A stretch of 48,470 bases of DNA from Spirochaetales bacterium (GCA_016930085.1 JAFGHO010000081.1:1-48470); one strand, 5' to 3'; shown: positions 18,037-28,962, counted from the stretch's first letter. The notes: generated from the sequence alone by a model not told the origin. Numbers and translations are program-made.

Positions 18037-19545
18037 ATGGGAATTATATATGAGGAGCTTTCAAGAACCTTCAGTGAATATATTCTCATTCCGAATCTGA
18101 CTAAAAAGGAAGACAAACAGGAAAATGTAAATCTCTCGACACCGCTGGTCAAGTTCAAGAAAGGTGAAAAGCCCGAGTTGACGTTGAATATACCGTTTGC
18201 CTCCGCCATCATGCAGGCCGTTTCGAATCATACCATGGCGATTGCGCTGGCGCGCCGCGGCGGTATCTCCTTTATATTCTGTTCGCAACCCATAGAACAG
18301 CAGGCGGAAATGGTGCGAAAGGTGAAACATTTCAAGGCGGGATTCGTCGAAAGCGATTCGAATTTGAGACCCGATCAAACCCTCGCCGACGTCCTTGCCC
18401 TAATCAGGCAGACGGACCATACGACGATGGCCATCACCGAGGACGGATCGTCAAACGGCAAGTTGTTGGGAATTCTCACCAGCAGGGATTACCGGATACA
18501 CAAATGCGACCCGGCCACAAAAATTAAGGACGTCATGACGCCGTTCGAATCGCTTATCTACGCTTTCGACGGCATACTGCTTGAAGAAGCGAATGACATG
18601 ATCTGGGAACACAAACTCAACTGCCTGCCTATTGTGGACAAGAAAAGATGTCTGCGGTATCTGGTTTTTCGAAAGGATTACGACGAGCACATGCGTAATC
18701 CTTTCGAACTCGTTGACAGGGAAAAGCGGCTTATCGTCGGTGCCGGGATTAATACTCGTGATTACCGGGAACGTGTACCCGAACTCGTCAAGGCGGGGGC
18801 GGATATTCTCTGTATCGATTCATCCGACGGATTCAGCGAGTGGCAAAAAGAGGTCCTCCGGTATGTGAAGGAAGAATACGGTGACGTCAAAATCGGCGCC
18901 GGCAATATCGTCGACAGGGAAGGCTTCCGGTACCTTGCGGATGCCGGGGCTGATTTTATCAAGGTCGGCATCGGCGGAGGCGCGATTTGTATCACCCGCG
19001 AGCAAAAAGGGATCGGACTCGGCCAGGCGACGGCCGTCATCAATGCGGCAAAGGCGAGGGATGATTATTTCGAGGACAAAGGGGTCTATATACCGATTTG
19101 TTCCGACGGGGGAATCGTGCACGATAACAATATCATGATCGCGATGGCACTGGGTGCCGATTTTGTCATGATGGGCCGTTATTTCGCACGCTTTGACGAA
19201 AGTCCGACCAAGAAGATCAAGATACACGGTAATTTTGTAAAGGAATATTGGGGGGAGGGAACTGAACGGGCGCGGAACTGGCAGCGTTACGGTTATACCG
19301 ATGACGGGAAATTCCTCTTTGAAGAAGGGGTCGATGCGTATGTCCCGTATGCGGGAAAACTGAAGGACAACCTCGATCTGACGGTAGAAAAAATCAAGGC
19401 GACGATGTGCAATTGCGGCGTCGTTACCATGGAAGATCTGCACAGAAAGGCACGGGTCGCACTGATATCATCGACGAGCTTGCGCGAGGGCGGTGCCCAC
19501 GATGTTATCCTGAAGGAAACGGATATCACGAATATTCCGACCTGA
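18037..19545 (+). CDS. guaB: IMP dehydrogenase (CBS-domain-containing IMPDH/GMPR family).
   Basis: [24 protein letters not shown] (catalytic Cys loop), CSDGGI, tandem CBS region. AAAGGAGGAattaaatATG. Confidence 0.8.
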   Translation: MGIIYEELSRTFSEYILIPNLTKKEDKQENVNLSTPLVKFKKGEKPELTLNIPFASAIMQAVSNHTMAIALARRGGISFIFCSQPIEQQAEMVRKVKHFKAGFVESDSNLRPDQTLADVLALIRQTDHTTMAITEDGSSNGKLLGILTSRDYRIHKCDPATKIKDVMTPFESLIYAFDGILLEEANDMIWEHKLNCLPIVDKKRCLRYLVFRKDYDEHMRNPFELVDREKRLIVGAGINTRDYRERVPELVKAGADILCIDSSDGFSEWQKEVLRYVKEEYGDVKIGAGNIVDREGFRYLADAGADFIKVGIGGGAICITREQKGIGLGQATAVINAAKARDDYFEDKGVYIPICSDGGIVHDNNIMIAMALGADFVMMGRYFARFDESPTKKIKIHGNFVKEYWGEGTERARNWQRYGYTDDGKFLFEEGVDAYVPYAGKLKDNLDLTVEKIKATMCNCGVVTMEDLHRKARVALISSTSLREGGAHDVILKETDITNIPT

Positions 19546-19730
19546 CGTCGGCTCCGAACGAAGTTGTATTAGTGAGAAAATATCAGAATGTATCGGGAAT
19601 ACGACACATTCACTTGCATAAAAAATGCGTATGTACTATTAATGAAATGGCTGCTTTAAATAATGAAAGCTATGGGTGCGTTTTATTAAGCGGGAATGTA
19701 TTTTTAAAGTGATCATATCGGAGGATACAT

Positions 19731-20081
19731 ATGGTAAAGAGAAGTTCGGATATGGTGAGGGAGGTACGGGAACGGATGCGCGAGGGAACCGGACAGGTCG
19801 AAATCATACATGTTTTTAAAAAAGAAGAAATGAAAGGGAAGGTGAGACTGTTTGCCCGGCTGGTTCTGGAAAAGGAGTCATCCATAGGATTTCACCGTCA
19901 CGAAGGTGAAGAAGAGATATTCTATATCATTTCGGGTGCGGGGATCGTTGATGATAACGGGACCGAAACCCCCGTCACCGCAGGAGACGCGGTGATTACC
20001 GGTTCGGGGGAGGGGCATTCAATTATCAATAAAAAGGACGAGCCGCTTCACATTCTCGCTGTCATAGTTCTTTATGCCTGA
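19731..20081 (+). CDS. Cupin-2 domain protein.
   Basis: GFHRHEGEEEIFYIISGAG and GEGHSIIN are cupin motif 1/2. CGGAGGA RBS. Confidence 0.7.
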   Translation: MVKRSSDMVREVRERMREGTGQVEIIHVFKKEEMKGKVRLFARLVLEKESSIGFHRHEGEEEIFYIISGAGIVDDNGTETPVTAGDAVITGSGEGHSIINKKDEPLHILAVIVLYA

Positions 20082-20160
20082 CGGTGATACCGGGCACGCC
20101 CGCGGGATACACAACAGCGCTTTTACTGTATATCGGTAATAAAAAAGGAGTGGTAACATA

Positions 20161-22638
20161 ATGCTATTTTTCCGGAAAAAAGAAAAACGGGATCCGTATG
20201 AAATAATGTCCGAAAAATGGAAAACGTCATTCAGTCTGTTTGACAGGAAACGGTTTGATCGGGAGAACACCGTCACATATGAGTCCGGTGCTGCGAAAGG
20301 GAAGTATTTCCTTTTACTAAAAAAGAAGGATCATTTTGCCTGGATCCTGGATGAGCAGCACAGGTATAATAATTTTTATCTGGAAGCAGATGTTGCTTTT
20401 GATGAGGGAAACGGGCACTCGGCATTGGGATTTGTTTTCAGGTACGTCAACGAGGAGAATTTCTATTATTTTCTTATATCAAAACGGGGATTTTTCCGGT
20501 TTGACGTATTGTTCAACAGGAATCCCCTTGTCCGCATCGACTGGACGGAATCTCCGTTAATCAAGCCCGGAGAAAACTCCCTCAGGATTATCGCACAGGA
20601 TACGCATTTTTCCTTTTATATCGACGATGAATGGGTGGCGGAGCTTGAGGACGATACGCTTTCCGCCGGGTCGATAGGGTTTGCGGCGCAGAATTACAAT
20701 GAAAAAAAGGAAGCCCGTTTTTATATGAAACGTTTTCTGATCGATTCACGCCCGATCGAAGTCGACAGACATTTCGAACGATGGGTGCATCATATACCCC
20801 AGGAACCCCAGTACAGGATAGAACTCGCGAAAACGTTTTTTGCGATGGAAGCGTTCCCGGCCGCCGCAGTACAGCTGAAAAAAGCCCTGAAACACAAAAA
20901 GCCGATTGCCGATGATTATTTTTTATTCGCCGAACTCATGATCAATACGGGGATGTACGACCTCGCTCTGGAAAATATCGAACGCTGCCTCGACCTCGAT
21001 CCGGATTATATCAGGGCTGTCCGGGAAAAAGCGAATATCCTTTATTTGAAGAACAGGTTTTTGGAGGCGAGGGATTATCTTCAATCGAATTTAGAGCGCG
21101 GCGGTGATGCGGGCCCTGTTTTCAAAGATAATGCGCCGGCCTGGAATCTGCTGGGCAACTGTGAATACGCACTCGGTAACTGGGACAAGGCATTCGAAGC
21201 CTATGACAGGGCCTGCCGCATACAGCCGGATATGCCGCTTTTCTTCCTGAACGCGGCCAGGGCTTTGGAAATGCAGGGGGATAAGGACCGGTCACTGGAA
21301 TATTACAGCACATCGGCGGGATTGTTTTTCAGGCAGGAAGCATATGGGGAACTCTATCCGATATTTTCCCGTATAAAGAAATTCGATCCGCAAAACAGCG
21401 ATGTAAAAATCCTCGAAGGGAAAATACTGTTTCATGAGGAGAAATTCGAAGAAGCCGAGAAGATATTTCAACCTTTGATCGAAAAAGGAATCCCGGACAG
21501 CAGTATTTATTTTCTTTCCGGTATTATCGCCTCGAACAGGGGCGACAGAGAAAAGGCCGTTTCCCTTTTGCAGAAAGCGTGCGAACTGGAAAACTCGTTT
21601 TATCTGCATTGGCTCAAACTGGCGGAAAACAAAGCGATACTCGGCCTCGATCCCGAACAGGAATTAAAAAAGGCTTACGAGCTCGATCCCGAAGAGCCGT
21701 GGACACTCAATCAGTATGGGCTTTTTTATATGGATAAGGGTGATTACGAAAAAGCGAAGGAATATTTTTACTCGGCATACGGAAAATCTCCGTCATCTAC
21801 GGCGATCGTCATCAATCTTTCCGAGGTGCTTTCCCGAAGCAATGAAATGAAAGAAGCCTTTCAGGTATTGAATACCGAAGCCCTGAAAGATGTCCCCGAA
21901 ATCATCAATCACCGGGGTAATCTCTGTATAAAACTGGGTGATACCTCGAGCGCCATCAGGGAGTATGAGAAGGCATTGAAACTCGAACCGGACAATCCGG
22001 TCTTTCTTGAAAATTGTGCAAAAGCATGTATCGAACGCGATATGATCAAACGGGCGGAGGAAATGCTGGTCAAACTTTACGATATCTCACCGACGCCGGC
22101 TGTGTGCAACCTCATCGGCTATTGCGCGCTCATTCAGCGTGACTGGCCGCGCGCCGAAGTCGCATTCAGGGACGGGCTTGAAAAAGATCCCGAAAACATC
22201 GAAATACTCACCAACCTGGCGAGTCTCTATCTCGACCGGATGGATTGCGGCAAAGCCAAAGAGGCCGTCATGAAAGTTCTGGAAAAAGATCCGGAACATG
22301 AAGAAGGGAAAAAAATACTCTTTCGCATACGCGAAAAGTCGGAGGTGCATATTGCCTGCGTCACGTGCGGGCGGGAATGGTGGGCGCCGGAAAATGTTTC
22401 GGTGCAGTCGCGGCTTACGATTCACGGTGAACCGCCGCCGGATGCGCCGGCCGGCAAATGCGCGACATGCGGCAAAGTGTATTGCGTCGCCTGTGCGCAG
22501 CATCACGTACGTGAAAGCAGGTTCTTTTGTCCCGACTGCGATGTGTTTCTCAAGCTTTCGGATGACTGGCTCAAATACCTTCTGCTCGAAAAATTGAGGG
22601 AAGAGGAAACCCGGGAAGGGGATAAGCGGGGGACATGA
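20161..22638 (+). CDS. Large TPR-repeat protein with an N-terminal DUF1080/LamG-like domain and a C-terminal double CxxC zinc-ribbon.
   Basis: Multiple 34-aa TPR-like repeats (AxxxYxxAL, LxPD/NxxxAL patterns). C-terminal CVTCG...CATCG...CVAC...CPDC. AAAGGAG RBS. Confidence 0.75.
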   Translation: MLFFRKKEKRDPYEIMSEKWKTSFSLFDRKRFDRENTVTYESGAAKGKYFLLLKKKDHFAWILDEQHRYNNFYLEADVAFDEGNGHSALGFVFRYVNEENFYYFLISKRGFFRFDVLFNRNPLVRIDWTESPLIKPGENSLRIIAQDTHFSFYIDDEWVAELEDDTLSAGSIGFAAQNYNEKKEARFYMKRFLIDSRPIEVDRHFERWVHHIPQEPQYRIELAKTFFAMEAFPAAAVQLKKALKHKKPIADDYFLFAELMINTGMYDLALENIERCLDLDPDYIRAVREKANILYLKNRFLEARDYLQSNLERGGDAGPVFKDNAPAWNLLGNCEYALGNWDKAFEAYDRACRIQPDMPLFFLNAARALEMQGDKDRSLEYYSTSAGLFFRQEAYGELYPIFSRIKKFDPQNSDVKILEGKILFHEEKFEEAEKIFQPLIEKGIPDSSIYFLSGIIASNRGDREKAVSLLQKACELENSFYLHWLKLAENKAILGLDPEQELKKAYELDPEEPWTLNQYGLFYMDKGDYEKAKEYFYSAYGKSPSSTAIVINLSEVLSRSNEMKEAFQVLNTEALKDVPEIINHRGNLCIKLGDTSSAIREYEKALKLEPDNPVFLENCAKACIERDMIKRAEEMLVKLYDISPTPAVCNLIGYCALIQRDWPRAEVAFRDGLEKDPENIEILTNLASLYLDRMDCGKAKEAVMKVLEKDPEHEEGKKILFRIREKSEVHIACVTCGREWWAPENVSVQSRLTIHGEPPPDAPAGKCATCGKVYCVACAQHHVRESRFFCPDCDVFLKLSDDWLKYLLLEKLREEETREGDKRGT

Positions 22639-22716
22639 TAAATGTGAAAGCCGACTCACTTGACAATTACCGCCATTTTTGGAATAGTGGTATGAAATCA
22701 GTTTAAAGAGAATGTG

Positions 22717-23409
22717 ATGAAAAGCAGAAGATATTTACGAATGATCATGTATCTGTATTGTTTCGGATGCATACTCAACAGTGCCGTTGCCCAGGAAATA
22801 ATCACGGCGGACACCTATTTCGAACAGGTATCCGCGGTCTATGGCCGGGTCACGGATTATGAAGGCAGGATAACCATAACCGAAGGGGATAACGCCATGG
22901 AGGGGAATATATGGTACAAAAATCCCAATCTCCTTCTCATCAGGTTTACCTCTCCGGAAAATCAATATCTATTGGTAAACGGCGAGGCACTTACCGTCTT
23001 TGTTCCCGAGCATTCGGTTCTTCTCAAACAATATCTACCCAGACGAAGCAAGGCGTCGATTGCCGCCATGGCGAGCAGCCAGGGGCTTACCTATCTTCGC
23101 AATAACTACAAAATAGCCTATGTCTACGGTCCCGATCCGATCCCGCTTGAAGAAGGTTCGAAGGAGATGGTCGTGAAACTCAAATTTCAGTGGCGGGCGA
23201 CGGCGGAAGGTTTTAAGGATATTGAAATATCGTTTACGGATGAGGGGCTGATAAGGAGGGTGAAAGCCGTTACGGCAACGAATATCAATATACAATTCGA
23301 TTTTCATGACTTGAAAATCAACCAGGGTATCCTCGAAGAGATGTTCGATATTCCCGATCCGCCGACCGCCTATGAATATAAAAATTTTCTCTTTGGAGAT
23401 GAAGAATAG
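22717..23409 (+). CDS. LolA-like / outer-membrane lipoprotein carrier family protein.
   Basis: Signal peptide, then a periplasmic half-barrel pattern typical of LolA/LppX-like proteins (recognition is tentative). Confidence 0.5.
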   Translation: MKSRRYLRMIMYLYCFGCILNSAVAQEIITADTYFEQVSAVYGRVTDYEGRITITEGDNAMEGNIWYKNPNLLLIRFTSPENQYLLVNGEALTVFVPEHSVLLKQYLPRRSKASIAAMASSQGLTYLRNNYKIAYVYGPDPIPLEEGSKEMVVKLKFQWRATAEGFKDIEISFTDEGLIRRVKAVTATNINIQFDFHDLKINQGILEEMFDIPDPPTAYEYKNFLFGDEE

Positions 23410-23412
23410 GTT

Positions 23413-24762
23413 ATGGAATTATTTGGAGAAAAACTCCGGGAAGTCAGGGAAAGCAAGAATTATACCCTGGAGCAGGTGGCCCGGGAAACGAGAATATCCC
23501 GCCGGTATATCGAGGCCCTTGAAAGCGAGGATTTTGCAGCATTTCCGGGGGAAACCTATTTAATCGGATTCCTGCGGAGTTATGCCGAATATCTCGACCT
23601 CGATCCGGATCATTTTGTCAACCTCTACAGAAACATAAAAATACAGGAACAACCAATCCCTTTTGATGAACTGCTCAATAACAACAGAAAGATGCCCCGT
23701 TCCGTTGTCGTGCTGATCGCCGGTCTTGGCATCGTCCTGCTGGCCGGCGGTATCGCCGCCCTTTCCTTTTTTGTTATGACGAATATGGAAAAGCCGGAAG
23801 CAATGAAGGACAAAATCGAAGACCCCGCCGTTTTGAAAACGGATGAGGGAGAGGAGTTCGTCTTTAACGATGCGGAAGTCCTGACGCGGTGGTTCAGGGA
23901 ACATGACAGGATCACGATCCCCCTCGGAGAGAATACGTATCGCATGGAAATCCTGAAAGCGGAGGAACCGTTACAACTCAAAGTGATGGACAAAACGACA
24001 CTTCTTTATATCGGAAAGAAAGTGAGTTTTGATCTCAATGACGATCAAAAATTCGATGTCACCCTTGTCTTTAACGATCTCATCACCTCCGATTACGGAA
24101 ACCAGGCAAATATCGGTCTCTATAAAATTACCGTTTCAAAACCCGTTTATATAGCCGGGGAGGACGGTACGGGGGATGGAATAGAGCGTCCTTCCGGAGA
24201 ACAGAAGGGAGAGGACGAAGAAACGGAGGCGGCGGCGATAATATCGACCCCTCAGCCGGCGGTCACGCCTCTTTCCCGGGCGACGCAGGTTCAGCCGACG
24301 CCGCCTGCGGAGATGATCGAAACGGAAGATATCGCCTCGAATGAGGCAACTCTCGCCTCGAATGAGGCAACTCTCGCCTCGAATGAGGCATCCGAAACGG
24401 TTGAAACGGGAACGGAGACGACGATCCGTATCAATGAAGAGACGATCACCGTGATCGGAGAATCTGAAAAACGCGAACCGTTTGCCGTCGATATTGATTT
24501 TCGCGGTCACTGCCTTTTCCGCTACGCGCAGGACGGTGAAATGATGCCCGAACGCTTTTTCAGTAAAGGAGAAGATTTCGAGATTGAAAATGTCAAAAAC
24601 GAAGTAAAACTCTGGATTTCGAATGCGAATTCGGTAAAAGCAAAAGTATTGGGAAAAGAGCTTATCATGGGACGGGCCGGGCAAGTGGTGACAAAGCTGA
24701 TACACTGGGTCAGGAATGAGAGTTCGGGATTGTATCGGCTCGAGATCGTTTCCATCTATTAG
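23413..24762 (+). CDS. rodZ: RodZ-like cytoskeleton protein (N-terminal XRE-type HTH, TM helix, acidic linker with tandem repeats, C-terminal DUF4115-like domain).
   Basis: N-terminus LREVRESKNYTLEQVARETRISRRYIEALESEDFAAFPGETYLIGFLRSYAEYLDLD is a near-canonical RodZ N-terminus, with a TM segment VVVLIAGLGIVLLAGGIAALSFFV. Confidence 0.75.
   Translation: MELFGEKLREVRESKNYTLEQVARETRISRRYIEALESEDFAAFPGETYLIGFLRSYAEYLDLDPDHFVNLYRNIKIQEQPIPFDELLNNNRKMPRSVVVLIAGLGIVLLAGGIAALSFFVMTNMEKPEAMKDKIEDPAVLKTDEGEEFVFNDAEVLTRWFREHDRITIPLGENTYRMEILKAEEPLQLKVMDKTTLLYIGKKVSFDLNDDQKFDVTLVFNDLITSDYGNQANIGLYKITVSKPVYIAGEDGTGDGIERPSGEQKGEDEETEAAAIISTPQPAVTPLSRATQVQPTPPAEMIETEDIASNEATLASNEATLASNEASETVETGTETTIRINEETITVIGESEKREPFAVDIDFRGHCLFRYAQDGEMMPERFFSKGEDFEIENVKNEVKLWISNANSVKAKVLGKELIMGRAGQVVTKLIHWVRNESSGLYRLEIVSIY
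24334..24390 (+). repeat. In-frame 21-nt tandem repeat (GCCTCGAATGAGGCAACTCTC, 2.7 copies) encoding ASNEATL repeats in the RodZ-like linker.
   Basis: Read directly from the sequence. Confidence 0.9.
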
Positions 24763-24912
24763 CGCAATCACAATAACGGCCATGGTTGTTTCCCTGATGG
24801 TGATTCCGGCTTTTTATACAATCTCCGGTTTTCTTGCTATTAAAAAGATAGTTTTTCACGGTGTCAGTGTATTTCAGTTCCAATACTATCGAGGTGTCGC
24901 AGGGAGTGTTTC

Positions 24913-25761
24913 ATGAAAGTGAAAACATGTATATATATCGTCACAGGGGCGCTAAGCATCTGTGTCCTCGCCGTGATTTTGTTTATTGTGTCGAGTAGCC
25001 GCGACACACGGTTGCGATTTACCGTTATTGACGATGTCAGCGGCGGATGGGTCTGGGATGCAATGGTGAGAATAAAGGACAGGTATCTTGTGCTTTACTA
25101 CCAATCGGACAACGGCCCGCTCGAACAGGTATTCACCGGTCTCGAACCCGGTGAAGCGGTTCTTACCGTTTCCGCCCCGGCGTACCGGTCGCGGGAGATT
25201 CCCGTCACCCTGAACAAAGGGGATAACGGATTGGACGGCCCCGTTCGAATGATCGGATATGAGATACCGGGACTGTCCGAGATATTCGTCAGGACGGAAA
25301 TAAAAGACGGCACACTCTTTTTGAATCCGAGACCGATCGATGCCGAGGGAAGGGGTATCGGCGAGCATCCGTGCCTCCCCATGTGGTTTGGACTGAGGAT
25401 TTCAGTCCAGGTAAAAAATGGAATTCCTGTTGTCGAACCTGTCGAGTCGGGGAGCGGGCGAGGCGAAGAGCTTTTTCGCGGCACACTCGAGGCCGAATGG
25501 GATATGCATCCGGATACCTATTACCGGTATTCTCTTCAGGTTCCGGCATCGGCGATCAAAAAACATAATGCCCCGTATCGTGTCTATGATTATATCATCG
25601 TTTTTCCGATTCCCGGTAAAATGACAAAAGAAGAACTCGATGCCGAAATGGAACCGGTAATGAGGCTGGATAAACTCGAATCGATCAAAAACATCCTCGA
25701 TGGTATGGGTGATCGTGTCGACTATTTTATCAGCGCAAGCTGGAACCAGACGGCTTCCTGA
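24913..25761 (+). CDS. Hypothetical membrane-anchored protein upstream of the ABC-2 transporter.
   Basis: N-terminal TM helix. GGGAG RBS. No recognisable motifs. Confidence 0.6.
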   Translation: MKVKTCIYIVTGALSICVLAVILFIVSSSRDTRLRFTVIDDVSGGWVWDAMVRIKDRYLVLYYQSDNGPLEQVFTGLEPGEAVLTVSAPAYRSREIPVTLNKGDNGLDGPVRMIGYEIPGLSEIFVRTEIKDGTLFLNPRPIDAEGRGIGEHPCLPMWFGLRISVQVKNGIPVVEPVESGSGRGEELFRGTLEAEWDMHPDTYYRYSLQVPASAIKKHNAPYRVYDYIIVFPIPGKMTKEELDAEMEPVMRLDKLESIKNILDGMGDRVDYFISASWNQTAS

Positions 25762-25779
25762 AATCAGGGAGGAGCATGC

Positions 25780-26733
25780 GTGATTGTAACAAAGGATTTG
25801 ACAAAAAAATATGGTTCTTTTTGCGCCGTGGATCATGTAAATCTGAATATACAGGCGGGCGAGATTTACGGATTTCTCGGACCCAATGGTGCGGGAAAAA
25901 CATCGACAATAATGATGCTTCTCGGTGTCATCGAGGCCACTGAAGGAGAAATATATCTCTTTAACGAACGGTATTCGCCTTCCATGATCGATGCAAGAAA
26001 GCGGATCGGGGTGGTCCCCGAAAAACACCCCAGTGGAATGTGGAAGTGGATGACCGCCTATGAGTATTGTGATTTTTTCGCTGACTTTTTCGAGGTGAAA
26101 AACAAGGAGGATCGGATTCTTTCACTGCTTGAAAAAGTGGAATTAAAAGACTCAGCGTATAAAAAGATAGACGGCTTTTCACGGGGAATGCTTCAGAAAC
26201 TCAGTATAGTACGGGCGATCCTCCACGATCCCGATATTCTCTTCATGGACGAACCGATTTCCGGACTGGACCCGATTGGTATAAAAAAGGTGAGGGACCT
26301 TATCTTCGAGGAAAATCGGGACGGGCGGACGATATTTATTTCATCCCACCTCCTTTCCGAAATGGAAAAGCTCTGTCACAGGGTCGCCATAATCCACAAA
26401 GGCAAGCTGATCGCGGAAGACCGGGTGGGAAATCTGTTTTTCAAATTACAGAAAGAAAAAGAGATCCTCGTCGAACTCGACCACATACCGGAGAACCTTG
26501 ACAGGGAGATATCGGCCCTCGATTTTGTCACCCGCGCATCCGTTTCCGGGGTGACGCTTTCGGTGAGTGTATCGAAGGATGGTGATTACAGAAAAGCCGT
26601 TTCACGATTTCTCATCGACAGGGGACTCGTCCCGTTGAAAATCCAGGAAAAGGCGATGTCGCTCGAAGATGCCTTTTCCGCCATTACCGGTGAGAATGTC
26701 GAAATGCTCGCGGGAATCGGAGGGGCCCGATGA
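25780..26733 (+). CDS. ABC transporter ATP-binding protein (ABC-2/CcmA-like).
   Basis: Walker A GPNGAGKTS, signature FSRGMLQKL, Walker B ILFMDEPISGLD. GTG start after GGGAGGAG. Confidence 0.85.
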   Translation: MIVTKDLTKKYGSFCAVDHVNLNIQAGEIYGFLGPNGAGKTSTIMMLLGVIEATEGEIYLFNERYSPSMIDARKRIGVVPEKHPSGMWKWMTAYEYCDFFADFFEVKNKEDRILSLLEKVELKDSAYKKIDGFSRGMLQKLSIVRAILHDPDILFMDEPISGLDPIGIKKVRDLIFEENRDGRTIFISSHLLSEMEKLCHRVAIIHKGKLIAEDRVGNLFFKLQKEKEILVELDHIPENLDREISALDFVTRASVSGVTLSVSVSKDGDYRKAVSRFLIDRGLVPLKIQEKAMSLEDAFSAITGENVEMLAGIGGAR

Positions 26734-27602
26734 GGTCACGAATCAAGGCCGCTTACATTATGGGAAAGCGGGAACTGTTTGAAGTATGTATTACACCGGG
26801 GGTGTATATCGCCCTGACGCTCGGTCTCGTTACCGGATTTTTGCTCGTGGCCGGTTTTATCCATTCGATCGGTTCCAGCGGGCTTGATTATAACAACCTG
26901 AATCCCGCCTATGATATGATTTTCAAATCATTGTCCGGGGCGTTCGGCGGCACCTTTGTCGACAAACTGTTTTCCGAAGGGCCGTTTTTTTTCGCCCTTG
27001 TTCTTTCATTTCTTCCCGTTCTCGTCTACCTCTCGGTGTCCTCGGTGTTCAAGTTCGGGTTCGAAAAGAATACCGGTGTCATCGAACTGATCTCCTATGG
27101 CCCCGCCGACGGAACATCTTATTTCCTCGCTTCATTCGCGAAGAATTGTATTGTTACCGGGCTATCGCTCGCCGCGCTGTTTCTCTTTTACTCGCTTGCC
27201 TCCCTGATCGGTAATCTCGTACTCGGTCCCACGTTCGTTTTCGCCCTCTTTCTTCTCTTTTTTTTCTCCTGCGCATGCTACGGGTATGTCGTTTTCGTTT
27301 CCGTTGTCGCGCATAACGCCGCGTCCGCGGTAGCGGCGTTTATCGCCATTTTCACCGCGTTCGTGCTTCTTCACCTCATGTCCTTAGCCATGGTCGCCGG
27401 TTATGTAAAAAGTTTTTCCGGGATCATCGCATGGGCCCTCAGGTGGTTTTCCCCGGTTTTTTACTGGAGTTTCGGCCTCGATTCGGTCGACTATGGAAAC
27501 ATCGGCGGTTTCTTTCTGAGTGTGCTGCTTCTCCTTGTCCTTTCGGGGGCGCTTTTGGGAGCTTCTCACACGGTACTGGGAAAGAAAGGAGTCCGCGGAT
27601 GA
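26730..27602 (+). CDS. ABC-2 family transporter permease.
   Basis: Six predicted hydrophobic helices. Start overlaps the upstream stop (ATGA). Confidence 0.7.
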   Translation: MRSRIKAAYIMGKRELFEVCITPGVYIALTLGLVTGFLLVAGFIHSIGSSGLDYNNLNPAYDMIFKSLSGAFGGTFVDKLFSEGPFFFALVLSFLPVLVYLSVSSVFKFGFEKNTGVIELISYGPADGTSYFLASFAKNCIVTGLSLAALFLFYSLASLIGNLVLGPTFVFALFLLFFFSCACYGYVVFVSVVAHNAASAVAAFIAIFTAFVLLHLMSLAMVAGYVKSFSGIIAWALRWFSPVFYWSFGLDSVDYGNIGGFFLSVLLLLVLSGALLGASHTVLGKKGVRG

Positions 27603-28951
27603 CAATAAAGGCGTTTATCATCACCGTGCTTGTCCTGATCGTTTCGCTGAATGCATCTGGCGACATTCCGGTAAAGCAGGAAGATGTCATCTATACGGTC
27701 ACCGCTTTCAACGGACTTCATTTTTCGAGGACTTTCTGCCGGAGCGACGATTCGACCATCTACCTGCTTCACGATGTCGATAATTTTCTACTCCCGAGGA
27801 AGGCCTTTATCTATTTCTGGCCGCTTTCCGGCAAATGGATGGCTGAACCGCTCGATGTCCGCAAACCGGAAAAGATATCCGCCTTTGATGGGACATTGGT
27901 GATCGAACGGGACGGGGCAACCGTGGAGCGGCTTCAAAGCGAATTGTACATCATCTACAATGTAAGCGGAAAATACTCGAACGACTGGAAGGTGTTCGTC
28001 GGTAAAGCGGCGGAAACGGAGGCCGACAGACTCAAGCGGGAATTGTCCGAATATGAAAAACGATACGAAGCGTACAAAATAAAATTCGATATCTACACGA
28101 AAGCAAAAGAAAAACTCGTGGAAAAAATGAAGGTGTACAACGACGCCGGAAAGGATACCGGAACCCTTATCGGACAATACAAGGCCCTCGAAGAACCGGT
28201 GATGCCTGTCAATCCCACGCCGCAGGAACTCAGCATGGGAAAACAGTTCCATGTCGTTCTCCCTGAGGGGACCTACAGGACCAGGCTGGAAAACCGCGAC
28301 GGACTTACGCTTCAAGGTTCCGAAAAGACGCTTTTGGTCTTCGGGGAACGTCGAAGGAAAAACGTGGGATACAGGATCGTCCCCGGTGATAAATGGACGA
28401 AACCGATTAAATCATATTCTCCGTTTCATGTGCTGTATGTGGATGCGACGACGGACATCTACCTCGTCCCCTTTCTTGAAAACGAGTACAATGACCTCTA
28501 TTACAACAAGCTTCTGCAGAATGACAGCAGGGGGAACGTGAGTATGTACCGGTGGGAGGAAGTGAAGGAATTACCCGATTCGCTTTTGGAAATTTCAAGC
28601 AGGAATGTGAGCATCTCGACCGAACAGGAAAAGTATTATGTCGAGCCGCTAAAGGGCGGGGCGAGTCTCGGATACAAAATAGTCCCCTACGATCCGGAGG
28701 GGGAGCACAAGGACAGAAATTACGAGTTTTCCGGATTCAGGGTACCGATCGGAAGGAACGAAACTGCCGTACGAATCAGGCTGCAGGACGTCAATGGCAA
28801 CTATTACCCGTCCGGCGGACGCGAGATTCGGATCGTCGGACCGGCGTCTCCTGTTTTTATACTGCTTTTCCCCGCCCTGCTGCCTCTTTTGGCCATGATA
28901 ATCGTTATCGGATACCGTAGAACGCACTACGGGGTGAAAGCCCGACAATAG
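27599..28951 (+). CDS. Hypothetical exported protein with a coiled-coil region and a C-terminal TM anchor. Accessory gene of the ABC-2 operon.
   Basis: Start taken at Met 27599 (AAAGGAG RBS, ATGA overlap with the permease stop). The 27431 extension lies inside the permease gene. C-terminal PVFILLFPALLPLLAMIIVIGYRR. Confidence 0.6.
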   Translation: MTIKAFIITVLVLIVSLNASGDIPVKQEDVIYTVTAFNGLHFSRTFCRSDDSTIYLLHDVDNFLLPRKAFIYFWPLSGKWMAEPLDVRKPEKISAFDGTLVIERDGATVERLQSELYIIYNVSGKYSNDWKVFVGKAAETEADRLKRELSEYEKRYEAYKIKFDIYTKAKEKLVEKMKVYNDAGKDTGTLIGQYKALEEPVMPVNPTPQELSMGKQFHVVLPEGTYRTRLENRDGLTLQGSEKTLLVFGERRRKNVGYRIVPGDKWTKPIKSYSPFHVLYVDATTDIYLVPFLENEYNDLYYNKLLQNDSRGNVSMYRWEEVKELPDSLLEISSRNVSISTEQEKYYVEPLKGGASLGYKIVPYDPEGEHKDRNYEFSGFRVPIGRNETAVRIRLQDVNGNYYPSGGREIRIVGPASPVFILLFPALLPLLAMIIVIGYRRTHYGVKARQ

Positions 28952-28962
28952 ACAAACGGGGT

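Noticed and set aside
27431-27598. 5' extension of the 506-aa ORF, and the 42256..42747 extension of the LolA-like ORF.
   Set aside because: Both extensions lie inside the preceding permease genes. The internal ATGs have good RBS and ATGA-type coupling with the upstream stop.
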